Shown: positions 25,790 to 39,915, numbered from the stretch's first letter. The stretch: 64,000 bases of DNA from Bigelowiella natans CCMP2755 (GCA_000320545.1 ADNK01000257.1:1-64000), one strand, 5' to 3'. Numbers and translations are program-made. The notes: generated by a model from the sequence alone, not told the origin.

Positions 25790-28700
25790 TCAAATAGCTT
25801 CTTCTTATGAGACGAAGCATCCGTCGCTTTGAGAGTTTTTCCTGTTTCCAGTGCATGATCCATACATTGTAGTTTGATTCCGAATATTTCTTTGAGACTC
25901 AAGTGTTACTGATTTTTCCTTCTTACGTCTAATCGCTTTAGGCTTATTGTGCACACCATTGATAGTTTCCTCATCGTTTACCTTGATATATTTTATTTGA
26001 TCAACTCACTCCTTCATATCATATGTTCAAGCCCACCTTTTCGCCGACAAAATCGTTAAACGTTTTCAACGCAGATCCCTCCTTATTTGTTAAAAACGGT
26101 ATGATTTTCAATAGAGAACGTAAATAAGCCCCAAAACCAAGTATATTCTCTGTCAAATAAAATACCGCAGTAGAGTAACTTTGATGATACTTTTCCTCTA
26201 GGAAAGGTTGCATATCTTCTGATATCTCATCATTGTTTGTCTCGGACAGATTTTCATTCATCGGTTTGATGTTGGTAGATTTCTCCACAAACCTTTACAA
26301 AAACTCTTTGAATATATGTGGTGATGCATACAGAATAGAGGCTTACAGAGTGCTTTTGATGCTGGAGAGATTCACCGATGCTATCTTTCCAAGTTCTAAA
26401 TATTTTAATATGGCTTTTTGATGCTGCCGGCGAAGAACAATACACCTATAGAACTTTGTCCCATTTTTGTACCTTGCCTGTAGATTATGTCGAGTATGTG
26501 CATGTCATAACCAGTAAATAAAAAATTATTTACCTTTACAAAGTCTCCAACAGAGCATTGAAAGAATTCTGAATAGTCTTCTATTTGCAACTTCGAGATC
26601 TCAGCGCTTTTTGTGATTATCGTTTTTGCGCGAATCTGAATCAGGGACAACTATATTTTAACCAATAGTGAACTTTGATACGAATTTACCGGAGTGATCT
26701 GCGGAGAAAGTTCCAGAAAAGGGAGATGGAAATCAGTGAAGTTACTCTTGCTTGTTGTCAATAGCTTCCTTGCCTTATGGTGCAAGCATAATTAGAAAAA
26801 AAAAAGATACATCATATTTCAAGATTACCTTCTCACTCTCTGAGATAAATTGCTGTTGAGATTGAACGTCAGGAACCGAGTACTTTCCTCGTGGCAATCC
26901 GGATACCTATGAAATATAAGTTCTAGCTCTAGATAATTGTAATTGGCCTGTTTTCACCTGATCCCACATCCACAGTCGAAAGGTTTCATCATGTCCTGCA
27001 CTACCAAGAAATCCAATCTTTGTGTTCGGATCTTCGTCCAATATCCTTGCAACCTGTATATTCATTTTACAAATTGTATTTCTTTATTTGCTGCATTTTT
27101 AAAAGAAATTGAGGTACACATGGAGGAAGAAATTCGACATCACAGATCCTTTTCCTATGTCCAGCAATAGCCTTAAATATGTTAGTTAAATTCAGCACAG
27201 TAGACATCAATTTTGATGTGTATCACGGTTGCATGAAGTAGTTTTCCAGTCTGGGACCAAAGTCGCACAGACTCTTTGATTTTAATCTGAAATGCATTTA
27301 GCATTATAATAACTCAAATTTCTCAAAGCATTCTTGACTGCGTTTTATTCAATTATTTCATACCCGAGATTTTGGATTTAAATTTGTAACGGATCCGGCA
27401 AAGTGTAAGCCATCATGACAAGCTGAAAGTGCGTGAATTTTCCCAGGAAAAATGTCTCGGGCAATTATGTGTGCTCCCTGTTTCCCATCGTCTTTCGAAT
27501 GTTGTACCTTATTGATTTGGTTCAACCTATATTATTACCGAGAGATATCATTGATTTCTACTTGAAATGTAGCCTTGTCATTTCCATTTCCATTCTTGAG
27601 ATCCATAGTTCTTGTCTTTAGATAGATACGAAATCTTTAACGTAATGGTTCTTAATAAAAGAAGGGTTTCAACTGCACCTGAAACATGCCTCTTCCTGGA
27701 TTCTGAGGTGAAACCACAATGCTTGACTTTTCATCAGTGTCCAATCTCATATCGCGCCCATTGATTTTGAATTTTTCTAAAATAAATCAGTTTGAAGCAT
27801 ATTGTCTGCCCATGCGGCTAAGAATAAATTGCGAGTAATTCCTAGCAATTATATTTGATAAAAGTCAAAATGATATTATCTACTGAAGCAGTCCAAAAGT
27901 ATCATAGTATTCTACGAAATCCATACATTATTTTGATACCATCTGAGTGGACATGGACATCGAAAAACTCAACCAACACTAAAGCGCCCCTGCGTCGGGC
28001 TTGAGATAAGTGTTCGATTCCAGATATTATGACCTTTAAACTTGATATATGAAAGAGGATCACATGATGACAACAAATTGATGAACCTTGTAATCTGAGT
28101 TAAGTTTTCGTGGTTTATTTGGATCAACAAACAAAGGGGCTCTTGAAGGAACAAATCGACAAATTGCTCCTCGAAAGTCTCCTAGTTGAAACTGGAAAAA
28201 TTGATTGTCTTAAGATATACAAATGTGGCTCGACTGACAATAGTACTTTCATTATTGGGATAGTGGTTGAATTTGGATAATCAATTTTCCATAAATGCAA
28301 AGCCCCTCCTTCCTCTTCGGCAGCACAAACTAGAAGTCCGTCCGATGATGTGGATGCAGATGTTATCTTTGAAATACTCATACTCAAAGTATACTTCTTA
28401 ATAAATGTTAAAACTAAATACCTTTATTTTGCTCTCAAAGTCACAATAAAAAACTTTGTCCTTTTAAAAATTCATTTCAGGTAGGTATAGGCAATTTCTT
28501 CTGCTAAATACCTTATTAATCTTTGATCCCCTATAATCCCAAAATCGAATTGTACTATCTCGTGAAGCGGACATTAGGAGCGAGCGAGTATTTATTTTTC
28601 GGTTCGGAGCGGTAAATCTGATGATCTCAATGCTTATTGCTCTTGACCCAAAATATTATTTTTTGTATTTTACCCCAGGGAAATTATAGAGTCTCCATGT

Positions 28701-29435
28701 TGCTTGAACTAGTAGTTATCCATCATGTTACTTCAAGTTACAAAAAGATAAATAACACTTTTTTAATTACATCCTGTTCCGTTTGGTCCTCCTAATAAAA
28801 AAATTGACGTGTCTGCATCCGGAAGTTGATTCGTGTAAAGTTGGGAGGACCTTTAAGAATTCAAACTTCTTACTTCCGTCGAAATGCCACAGCTCTACCT
28901 AAATGCAATTAAATATGATGTTGCTTACTTTACGCTATTCAACAAACCTTATTTTGGATCTTGCTCATGTTGTCATTATTGTTTGCTGTTGTGCTCACAG
29001 CAAGGAAGTTTCCGTTTGGAGTAGAGAATACTAAATTCTCTACGACTTCTTCCTGGACAATGCACATTTAAGGATTTTTAGAAGACCGAAAGCATCTAAC
29101 TCAAAGTACTTTTGGAAGCTTTTCGATGCAAAATTTCGCAGAGAGATCATATATCTGATAACATTATCTTAAAATTAGAACATTCTTCATCATCGTCTTC
29201 AGGGTTGAGTGCCTATCCATCCACCTTGATGGTTGGTATTTTCCCTGCAAGAGCAACCTTGTGTTAAATTTAGAGTTGTTCACCGAAGGGCGTTAACCGA
29301 TACAAATGAAGCGCGAGATTCTAAAATGTTTGTTGAAAATACGATAAACAACGTGCAAACCAGAGGTAGGGTGGGATGAAAAGCCACAGCCAAGATTACG
29401 CCCAGCTTTGGTCCATCATCGTAGTGGGTCGCCAT
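25790..29435 (-). CDS. AT-rich multi-exon hypothetical protein, possibly WD40/beta-propeller
   Basis: Fragments MATHYDDGPKLGVILAVAFHPTLPL, VELWHFDG and SDGLLVCAAEEEGGALHLWKI resemble WD40 blades. Many short introns; model not fully resolved. Confidence 0.45.
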
Positions 29436-29545
29436 GAGTTCCTGTCAATTTGCATTAAGAGCCTCAAATTTACACCCGCGACAAGAATTTATTGCTTGCT
29501 GCAATCATAATCATGAAGTGGAAATATTCTTTCCTCGCTTTGATT

Positions 29546-30447
29546 ACACTGATCAAGGATGTCCCTGAGGATTGTCCTGTTGAATTTTGCAGTTGCTCAA
29601 TGGGTTCCCAAAACAGTCCATGCCAGCAGCCTGTCCCTCACATCGCAAAACGACTACAACCAGGAATGCCTCAGGCAAAATCGCAAAACGATGAAACCAA
29701 ACAAAACTTGTCAGTCACATGGGTGCATCCAGATCTCAGCTCCAGAGTTCTGGAGCTGTCCAATTCTGGAATTGTCCAGGTGTGGAATGCACTGTCAAAC
29801 TGCATAGTGGTGCACCTGTCGATCTCTAGCTAGCTAGATCTGGACAATTGAACTTGAAAAGGCATGCTAGCATGCCAGCATGTGTGCAAAAGAGCTGGAT
29901 CGACTGGACGACCCGCTAGCCCGCACCCAGCGCACGTCCACTAGCTAGCTAGTCCAGACGTGTGAGTGATCGCAATGACGCTGCCCGCTGGTGCGATCGC
30001 CGCAAACACAAACAACTGGACAACACCGTGTTGGACAAACGAATTGCATCCAGCGATTGAGAAATCTGGAAATGGCGTCAGACTGGCCAGCTAACCATGC
30101 CTAGATGCAAACAGCATGCCAAGCTAGCTAGCTAGCCAGCTAGCTCAGCACGCGTGCGCTCATCTGTTTTGATCAGTGCTTGAAGAAAATCCACTGTGTC
30201 TAGTTTCAGAGTTGTTGTCAGCAGCAGAGCAGTGAAAGTCCGCTAGAAGTGTCACAGAGGAGATCAGATAGCATTGCATGACACTGAGATGTGGCATCAC
30301 GCACCTGAGCAGGCAATCTAGCAGTCTAGCAGTTCTAGAGCTACGTCTCTGGCTAGCTGGACCCAGCGCAAAGGAAGCACACAGAATGCCGTGCGTTGCG
30401 CAGGCATGCATGCACAGGGAAGAGGGGCAAATCTAGCACATGAGTTC
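29546..30447. other. TpA-depleted, CTAG-rich repeat domain
   Basis: In 29821-30440, about 20 of about 23 TA dinucleotides lie inside CTAG, including (CTAG)3 runs. CTGG and CCAG are also frequent. Confidence 0.85.
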
Positions 30448-30666
30448 TACAAACAGCAAGTAGGACAAATCAATTTGATGTGCTTCTATGAGTGACCCAT
30501 TTGATTAACAGAGAGTTCTTAAAATTAAAATTTACCTACATGGCAAATTTGCAAACATAAATTTATCTATTGTCCTGCTTTTGATTTGATCCATCAGCAC
30601 TAAGCAGACGAACATGTGTTTTGTGTACATGTGCACATTCAATGAGCACATGTGAGCATGTACCTC

Positions 30667-30778
30667 GTACATGCACACACACACACGTCTAGACGTATGA
30701 ACTACATACACACAAGTAATTAGTACATGCTCACACACACACGTCTAGACGTATGAACTACATACACACAAGTAATTA
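30667..30778. repeat. Tandem duplication of a 56-bp unit
   Basis: gtacatgc(ac)n gtctagacgtatgaactacatacacacaagtaatta occurs at 30667-30722 and 30723-30778. Confidence 0.9.
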
Positions 30779-30866
30779 CATAACATAAGTAGTTTATAGA
30801 TGAAATAAACTTCTCTATCCCCTCTCGCTCCATGTGTTATTTTCAGAATATATAGGTGTACATTTG

Positions 30867-30903
<37 letters not shown>

Positions 30904-30980
30904 ACTTACTTTGCATGTTTTTTAACACATTTGTAAGAGAAATATGTGTTATATGACTGTAAATACCCTTGCCATCATAC

Positions 30981-33900
30981 TTAAGGCGAACGAACATCCA
31001 ATGATCCACTGCCAACAGAATCAGCATGTATTTTTCGCAAAATTTTAATGTCGTCACTTTTCCTTCTGAACCTAATTAGATAAATATTTATCCAAACTTA
31101 AATTGCAATATTAGTAAATCCAGCTACTTTAAATTAGCTTACTGTGCAAAGCGTTTATCCTCCCCTTTTTTCTTGACGTAGTGCCTCAAGAAAAAGTACG
31201 TACCTTAAAGATATTAAAGACAATATTAGGATTGATGAAAGTTATATTTTGTTTTCTGATAGAAATGGCAGAATCACCTATGCCAATAGCTATAACCACG
31301 ATTGCAAGTATGCCAAATACTGCGCCGGCTGTTTCCATATCCATGCCTCCTACCATACCCTCACTTGCCTCACCCTCACCAACCACATTGTAAACGGTTG
31401 GGGAAGCTGTTGCTTGCCCACCGATGTCCTTAACTGAAGGAGGAATTGTCGGATCTGATGTAGGCTGCAATGATGGTGGCATGGATGGAGGTGACTGTGG
31501 AGTGGGCGGTTGTGAAGTTGGTAACAGGGCTAAGACTCCTCCGGTACTTCCATCGAAACTAATTCTTCTACTTCCTCTTCTTTGATGCTGTTCAATGTTG
31601 TCCACTAGTCCAATACCCCAAAGGACGCTTTGCCTAATGTAACAAATATTTAAGAATTTAGGCTCAATTTACTAAAAACTAAAGGAAACAGATGCAAAGG
31701 ATGCAAAAATACGTTTCCAAAGCATTAATTGGATTGCTTGTTTCCGAGAGTGATCGAACATATGAAACTCTTGTTTCATCCTGAGACTCGAAACAAGTCA
31801 CCGCTCGTAGAGTAACTCCTGCGTTCTCCTGAATAGCATTAGTTGACTGTCCGCCCAAATGGTAACTTCGAACAGTAGCTACGCCTGAGATTTAAAATTA
31901 AGATTTGTTCACAAAAATCTTGTGGAGCCCACAAATCACCATGTGAGCCTCGTGTCATATTAGTATCTATTTGAAGAAATTTTACCGTTTTCACACCACC
32001 CAATTTCAGCATCAGAACCGACCATAGCTCCATTTGGAGAATATCCTAGAGCCAACCAGCCCGATGTACCTCCCCTCATTTCAATTGCGATGTCAGCATC
32101 GTTGTAAGACCAAAAAACAGAAAAATCGGAGGTAAGATCTAATCTACATTTGTAAGCACTTAAAGACTCTGAATAACAACCTAAAAATATACAGAGATAA
32201 AAAGTAAATCTAAATAAGGGCATAAACCTAGTCAAGAAACAGTAAAATACAAATTTGCTAACTTAAGATGGGAGAGGTTGTCGGTGCCCCTGTCGTATCT
32301 TGCTGATTATTGGGTGAGGTTGTAGGCGCCCCAGTCATGTCTTCCTGAACATCGAGGTTGCTCTCTCCCCATACAGGCAAAGTATTAAAACAGTTGACAC
32401 AAGTTTCGGAAAGCTTCCACTGTGGAGTGGCCTCCAATGGCTCCTGGGTATTTTCAAAGAAACTTTCGCAACTCAGACAATGACCATCAAAATTCCATCG
32501 TGGACTTTGAACACTAGATTCAGCTATTGGGATCCAATCGATGACCGGGGAGCGGATGTAGCAGGTAGAATAAAAAATTGGATCAGTAGGATCATAAGAA
32601 ATTATTCGTTCAGGCGTTGTCGTGGTTGCCGTTCGCGCTTCGACCCCATAGCAAACCATGGGAATTGGGTCAGAGTCCGAAGGTACTGTATCTACCGGCG
32701 TGTCTGACTTATAAACTCTGACCTTTTTCATTGCCATGTATCTATTGGAGCCCCTTGCCCGTATTCGTACGTATTGGCCTTTTTTGCCCCCACAGTCAAC
32801 GAGAATAGGACAAAGCCTTGTGAACAAGTTACTCTGCGTTTGTTCGCATGAGGTGGTTTGCGTCACTACTTGGCATTGCTAAATATTGCATACAGATTTT
32901 TAATCAGGACAAATATTCAGAGTGCATTCTGTAACTATCATCTTTTATCCTAGTTTATTCTTCAGTGTATATAATAATATCGTGAAAACGAACATTCTCA
33001 TCTTCCTCCCTGCAGGTTTGGTCGTCGCATGCCACATCACTAATTGATACAACAACACCCTGATTTGCGTTATCAAACGTTCCCCACGGTACAGGTGGTT
33101 GGGTAAACACGGTTGTGTCGGCTTGTGGAGTTTCAAATGAGTCCTTGTATAGATCAGGGTAGCTGATGGTTTTATCCTCGTTGTAAAGCCTTCGTTCATC
33201 GACATAACACCTTTGAGGGCCCTTGAAAAACCACCAGTGGGTGCAGCTAGGGCGCATAGGTGAAGCTTCGCGAGGAAAGGACCCGGTTCTAAACCGAATA
33301 GTCCTCGTGAGTTCAATGTCTACAATTCCTACTCCCTGTTCCGGGTTATCAAGCTGAAGCTGCCACCAATCAGCCTTACTCGTACCAGAACTTGGTGCCC
33401 ATGCCTCTGGAAATTCGTTCATGAGTCGATCAATTTTTATGTACGAGATGTCGGGACAAATCATAGGCGTCGTCATCTCCGAGTTACGATCACGAACCCT
33501 TAAATAAATGCATATGCAATAAATCTTTGATTGTCTGATCGTCTAATTTTGTTATATGATATAATGAAAATATTACTCATTTACCTATGATCGAGGGATG
33601 TAATTGTAAGTCTTCCATCCATCACCTCAACTGTTACTGACTTAGTTGTATCTTGGAAAGTAAACATGTGATGGAAGTATTGAGTATTTTCAACCATGCA
33701 GCCCACCCCACGATTTGGCCCAAAGCCAGAATACATTGTAACCACATAAACTCCGTTCGGTACTTCAATTTCCCAAGCGTTCATTTCACCGTTGCACCTT
33801 TTGATAACCGTACAAACTGAGTAAGATAGTTACACAGTCTGATAAAATCTAAAAACCTTTGTCTCCAGATGGTATTTCTCACTTCTCCAGAGACCTCGTC

Positions 33901-36900
33901 ACCTCGGAGGTTCCTCACGCGCGGTACCTGGTTGATACTTGGTTGCACTGTGCATTTCCATCCATAGTTTAACCCGCTTGTTGCATGTCTTCTATATGTC
34001 TGGCCTACATCAATTTCCCATCCACTTCCGAGGGTGATATTAACAGGTCTGCCATTAATTCGCGGATTTTCTGGTTGGAAACTGATTTTGAAGTTGACGT
34101 GATTATTGTCGGTCCATGTGGCAGGATTGGTCCACCCTGGCGGATTTCCCACCAAATCTGCAGGCTTGCGGTATCTGCCATGATTATTCGTATGTGAAAA
34201 TCTGTAGAGGAAAGTGAATGAAACGAGGTGATTTCGTTTTGTTTATCAGACTTTGATATTTACAGCATTTCAATGTTAGATAAGGTTACAAATTCCAATC
34301 AGCGTCTGTAATCTCGTTGAGGCTAAGCGTTAGGCAGGCTCGAACTCTTTGTCTCCCTTTCGATAATGACGTAATTGGTTCTCCGCTTTGCTGGTGCCTC
34401 CACGCGATGCCCCAGCAATCATCCCCCTCATTGATGCACTCATCAAGAGCTTCGATAAAGCTGTCGAAGACTCGCCCTCTTCCACATCTTATACCTTCCC
34501 TCACACCACTTGATCTACTTAGGAAAGATGTCCAATCGAGCGATGCCCAACTTTCAGTACCTTTGATGTAAAACAGCTCACTTTATATTTCATCAATTCG
34601 TACTAAATTTTAAACAATTAGGGACCGGTGTGCCTCATGTATGAAGTGTCAAGAGCTAGCCCAAGATAATCTTTGTTCCATCTAAGTCCATCAGTGTTAT
34701 CATCAGTCTGATAAGTCAATGGAATGTTTCGAATTTCAACGATGGCCGCATTCGGATTCACAGCTGGAACTACGTTGAGTCCCAATGTCTGCACGGATAT
34801 CTGTGTTCGTGCAGTAGCTGCTACAGATAACTGAGAGAGGCATTCGCTAACGTCTGTTGTTGCGTCCATAATCCCAACCTAAAGGGAATAGATAAAGAAA
34901 AACTTCAAAATACCTGATTGTGATACAATATACATATTGTAATGACCGCTATCGCTGCAGGTCTGGTGAATTGACAGTGATCAATTTTATTAATCTCAAA
35001 TTCTCCAGTATCATTGCCATAGATAAGATTTTGTGGCACCGGGGTATCATGTGTATGAACGTCAATTGCGTCGTAGTAACCGTTCCAGAACCAATGCACA
35101 ATCGTATGCCTGCTTTTGCCTTGGCGTTGTGGGACTGGAGTGCAGAAAATGTCAAAATCCTGGGGCTGGTGGACAATTGTCCTATACCGCATAGCTCCAA
35201 CTATCCACGGATACTTTGTGAATTTTTAGAATTAGTCATGATGTTCTAGCTTTATATTCAACGTAAGCATGTCCTAATAGTTATTGTTCTAAAGAATAAA
35301 ATTATGATTCCATATACCTTCTGGGAGTTGTAAAAATAATATCGGTCATCTTCAAGGAGTTCTGGCCTCCAACGATACAGAGTCCCTGAAGGTTCAGTCG
35401 TATGGTCGCAATAATCTGCTTCAGATTCCGCAACAGGTCCAAGGTAAAGGTCACTATTCTGACAATTCTGATCATTTCTGCAATGATGGAACCTAAAAGT
35501 ACACGCAGACAAAGGTACATTTTTACCATAACAGAAAAACGATGGAACCCAAGGAAAGAAATTTCACCTGTAATGACCTTACCTTGGCTTTGAGCTTGAC
35601 TGGTCGACGACACCAGCGATTGAATCGGCACTGTTGACATAGTCACGTACCCATTCTTGGTAGTTGTTTTGGAAGATCCAATCTTGGTCGTCTCCATTAA
35701 TGATAACGAAGTAATGATCGCGTGAATGTCCAGTCGCAAACTAATATGAAGGATGAAAAAAATGAGAAAAAAATAATTTACAGCTGCAAAGCAGAATGCA
35801 TAGTAAAGTTTCCACTTGCCATATCAATAAATATTCTCTACTGTGGTTAGACTTGAGAATACCTTCACAGCCATTTCCTGCCCTGGTCCTAGCTGTGCAT
35901 GAATATCAGTCGGGTTCCTTTGACGAAATGGATTTGTAGTCGAAGCTTCTAACTGAGCTCGACCCCGACTGTGTAACCAATTATGAGCTTTCACAGGCTG
36001 CATACCGACGAAAGTCATAAGAACTAACAAGCTTGAACCTCCTAAAGAAATAGAAGAAGATATCACTGTTGAGCTGTTGAGCATATGTATGCGGATCTAG
36101 GAACTTGGTGGGAAAAGGAAAAACCACACCGTTGTGTCGAAAAGCTCTAAGACTTGAAGCTGCAGCAGCAAGACAACCAGCAAGGAGGACAACTGGCATC
36201 GCGATTCCACTTGTTAACAGGTCCGGATCAGACAACTTATGTCTTCGGGTGCGTAAAATAGGAATCAAACCTTAGAATAATTTTTCAAGAGATCAAAATT
36301 TATTTAGAATCCTATTTAGTCGGAGTATTTCAACACCGGATTCTTTGAAGCTTAGAGTCTGAACCGAATTATTGCTTCTACAAGGACAGAATCTAGTTGC
36401 ACTTGGGTGTCTTGAAAGACAGCTGGACTGCAAAGACGGCGATGGCATTACGTTTTGACAAAGATTTGTGGCAATTGCATCTGCGCCACTGTTCGCCAAA
36501 ACCAAAGACATGTAGAGAACATAAAATCATTAATTCAGATTCGATAGTACCTACAATTTGATAGAAATACTTTACCTGTAATAACAGGCACCGTTGTCAT
36601 CCCTCGCAGGAACAACTGAAGAGCACGACGGCGTATACGGAAGGGGACAACCCGAAATTGGAGTTATGGTACTCTCCATTCCTATTGGACTTGCTAACGC
36701 TGCGGATCGCAATTCTGCTTGATCACATCGGAGCCCTTGGGATGCACAATGTTGCACGCAGGATAGACCAGTTGCGGCAACTGACCAAATCGAGGCTGAT
36801 TGTTGAGGGGACTCAGTGAGCACAAGATCTGTTCCAGTTCCAGGGAAGCCACCATTAGGGATGGCATTTCGAATATGAGCTCTGTTGCCATTAGGAAAGA

Positions 36901-37662
36901 AAAAGTATCCGGTGTTTGCAGGGCCAATTTTTATGAGAGCATGGAAAGTTATTGATCCTGTTCCAGCGGGCGGTGCTTTGTAACGAAACTCAGTGAGAAG
37001 GGGTTTCAGATCAGCTTGTGCGTGCATGATGCACTCTTTTGATGCTGTTGGCGTCCAGAATAGACGGTTCTCAGCATCGTTACCAGCAAGACGCCATTCA
37101 CCAACAAAGGAACTTTGCTCATTGGAAGCATGAAGCACTAGACCTCGGTACTTGAATGGGTATCTGTTCACCTAAAATTCGAGAAACATCTCAGTAATTC
37201 TAAAAAAAAAAACTACTTGTCGATACCCTCAGCACAATTGTGATCCATTCACCAGGGATGTAGGATGATTTGCCTGGCTCCTTCACGGTTAGACTATACA
37301 TGTTGGAATACTTCGGAATTCCAGCCTATTCATCCCGTCATGTTGTCAGATAGTAAGACAACCGTTTGTCGAGTTTGCAGTTCTAAATGGTTCTAAACAC
37401 AAACCCAGTTCATTGGGAAGATGACGTCTTGTGTGCAGTCCAAAGGATCGCCATTATTCCAATCGCGTGGATCGCACCCGATAGGATCCTTCGACATTGA
37501 TAAATCATCTCGTCGCTGTCTATGAAATATACTAAATGGTACCCTTGTATCAAAGCAGAACGGCGAACCATCTCCAAGATCTCCATTCGAATTTGCGTTT
37601 GCGAGTTTCCCGAATGAAAATATCAACAGGAGCCAGTGCTGAATCAGGAAAGCCCTAGCCAT
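30981..37662 (-). CDS. Large cell-surface multidomain protein: signal peptide, Reeler, Cys-rich, hydrophobic/internal signal, His-brace LPMO-like, carbohydrate-binding-like beta-sandwiches, DOMON, PT repeats, TM
   Basis: SP MARAFLIQHWLLLIFSFG. Reeler YRGLVLHA..VGEW..YKAPPAGTGSITFHA. His-brace-like VKA-HNW..FATGHSRDHYF..VHWFWNGYYDAIDV. Beta-sandwich KISFQP..DVGQTY..YGW..WEIEVPNGVYVV, then GQYVRIR. DOMON GWLALGYSPNGAMVGSDAEIGW..QHQRRG. TM AGAVFGILAIVVIAIGIG. Confidence 0.8.
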
Positions 37663-38427
37663 GGTTGAACCCTTTCGATTTCTATGCTGACCGTGACTGC
37701 TTGGACAGAGCGTAAAGCTTTTTCAACTCAGAAACGGACAAAGAACCCGCTCTGTTCAACTCCACTCAATTCAATGCCTTGATGTGCGTCACGGCCGATG
37801 GTCTGTCGCTCACTGGCTTTCCCTTTGGCATGCGAGAGCATTGTGCACAGGTAACAGGTAGGGATCATCAAAGCTGCGTTTCTGTACGTTTTAGAGCAAG
37901 CGTGCTGATGCAGCACAAAAAGGAGAGCCTGTGTGTACACGCGCAGCACAAAAAACGTGGGGAAAAAAAACGCAGACAGTACGCCACGATGCCGAAAAAC
38001 GGACATTGCGACGAACCAACAACATCGGATGAGAACGATCCAAATATTAGATCTAGTGATGTTCAGATCCAGCCTAATTCCGCAACGTACGAACAAGAAC
38101 GTTATCTTATCCCAATAAAAAACTGAACAAATTCATGTCGCCACGTTCACGCGCTCGGATGTCTTCTGGAATTGGTGGCCTCGCCTGGCCTTATTATTGG
38201 AAATAAAATCCTAAGAAATGCAGGGGGTTTTACGGGAATTTTTTGCTAATAAGATTTCCAATCTACAATCATGAACACCGGGCACCGAAAATAACACCCA
38301 ATTATTCTCTTTTATGCTTGTCATATGTCATAAGTCACAAAATATCCTATTTTAATGGATTTTCGCAAGGAAATTTGTCTAAAATTGGTCTGAATTAATC
38401 GATTCAGAACGGTATGCTCCTGGAATA

Positions 38428-39001
38428 ATGATGGCAGCGGACCACACGAGCTATCGTCGCCTGAAAAAGCGATTCCACTTTCTCGTCACCTCATACCTCA
38501 ACTACTTTCGTCAAGGACCAGGTTGACTTAGAATGAATATTTTCGATGGAATGTTCGCAAAATTGAGTACAAGTAAGCTCACCATCATTGCCTTTGTCGT
38601 CTCTCTGTGCCGTATCCAGGAAATCGGTCTGGCACGAGTAGGTGTATGCTTGGGTTCCTCTTCGGAGCATTAGCCTTGTTTGTCACTGCTGCACTCGCCT
38701 GGTCAATCGTCACACATATTAAGGTGTTTGGGCGTTCAATTTAGCTGGAATTTGGGTCTTCAGGGAACCTGTTACGTGAAAATTTCGGCTCTGCATGATT
38801 TGATTATTACCAAATGCAGGATGGTAGCGAATTGGATGGCTCAAGAAATTTTCGGGATCCAAGCGTAAGAGTTGATGCTTGGAACAATTTCTTAAAGTCC
38901 CGGGATTTGAGAATAGTGCAGATTGTAGCTGATCAAGACAGCTCCTCGTCGCACCCTCGTTGTGTTGACATACGACTGAAGGTATCCTATATTGTGTTTT
39001 G

Positions 39002-39049
<48 letters not shown>

Positions 39050-39915
39050 CTCAGGGACGCATTTAGTCAAGTAATTAAACTAACCTACCAAAAAATTATC
39101 TGAAAATAAATAGATGTGCTCAAAATTCTTTTCATTCCTCTGCATGCTTGGTCAGGATTCGGAACCCATGGAGAGTCTATCTATACAGCTCTACAAATGC
39201 AATAACAAGAAGAATCAAATGTGAGAGCAATATCTTCAATCACATTAATGTAAATCTCACTCCATCACCATCTCATACAGGTGGGTGTTGCACAACGATA
39301 ATTCGATTCGAAGGTATCATCTGTTCCTATTGCCATCGTTTGCTTTGGTGCATCTGCTTCTTGTGGGCAGGGCCACAACTACTCGTCATTGAAATTTCAT
39401 TTTTGATCATGCAGTCAACTTGAAAATATGAGCTATTGCTTGGACTATGCTATGATGGAGGTAATGTACTCAAAACTCCATTTTCAGATCGAGATTAAAA
39501 CCTTGTTTTTCATTTCCCAGGAACGGTTAAAGATGACCAAATGCTCAGAGGATATAGCGAAATGGAGGTTGATATGCGTTTGCATGACATATTTCCATCG
39601 TCACAATAATATTCCTACGTATCCAATATGATAAGAGCTGAGTGCTTCGAACTTGTTTCGTTCCTAATCCATGTTCCACCACTTCTTACTTCAAAGCACC
39701 ACAAATAGCTTCAACACTCATCCCGAAATCTTAAGGATCATCATCCCCTTGTCAGGTATATTAAAAACACGGGCGAGATACAGTTACTAGCAGATGAATC
39801 TGTGCTTCCCAAGTGCCTCACTACGTACAAACATGGCAACCACGAATTCCTAAAAATGAAACCTTGCCGAACTGGATCATCTGACTCGTCAACACAAAAA
39901 TTTGACCTGCTGTGA
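38428..39915 (+). CDS. Hypothetical multi-exon protein; last exon weakly ricin-B-lectin-like
   Basis: Short coding-like exons with GT-AG ends. Last exon reads GEIQLLADESVLPKCLT..MKPC..STQKFDLL*. Confidence 0.4.

Noticed and set aside
29465-30865. Possible 12-bp TIR pair (caaatttacacc / ggtgtacatttg) around the CTAG-rich domain
   Set aside because: Short, one mismatch, no TSD; could be chance.
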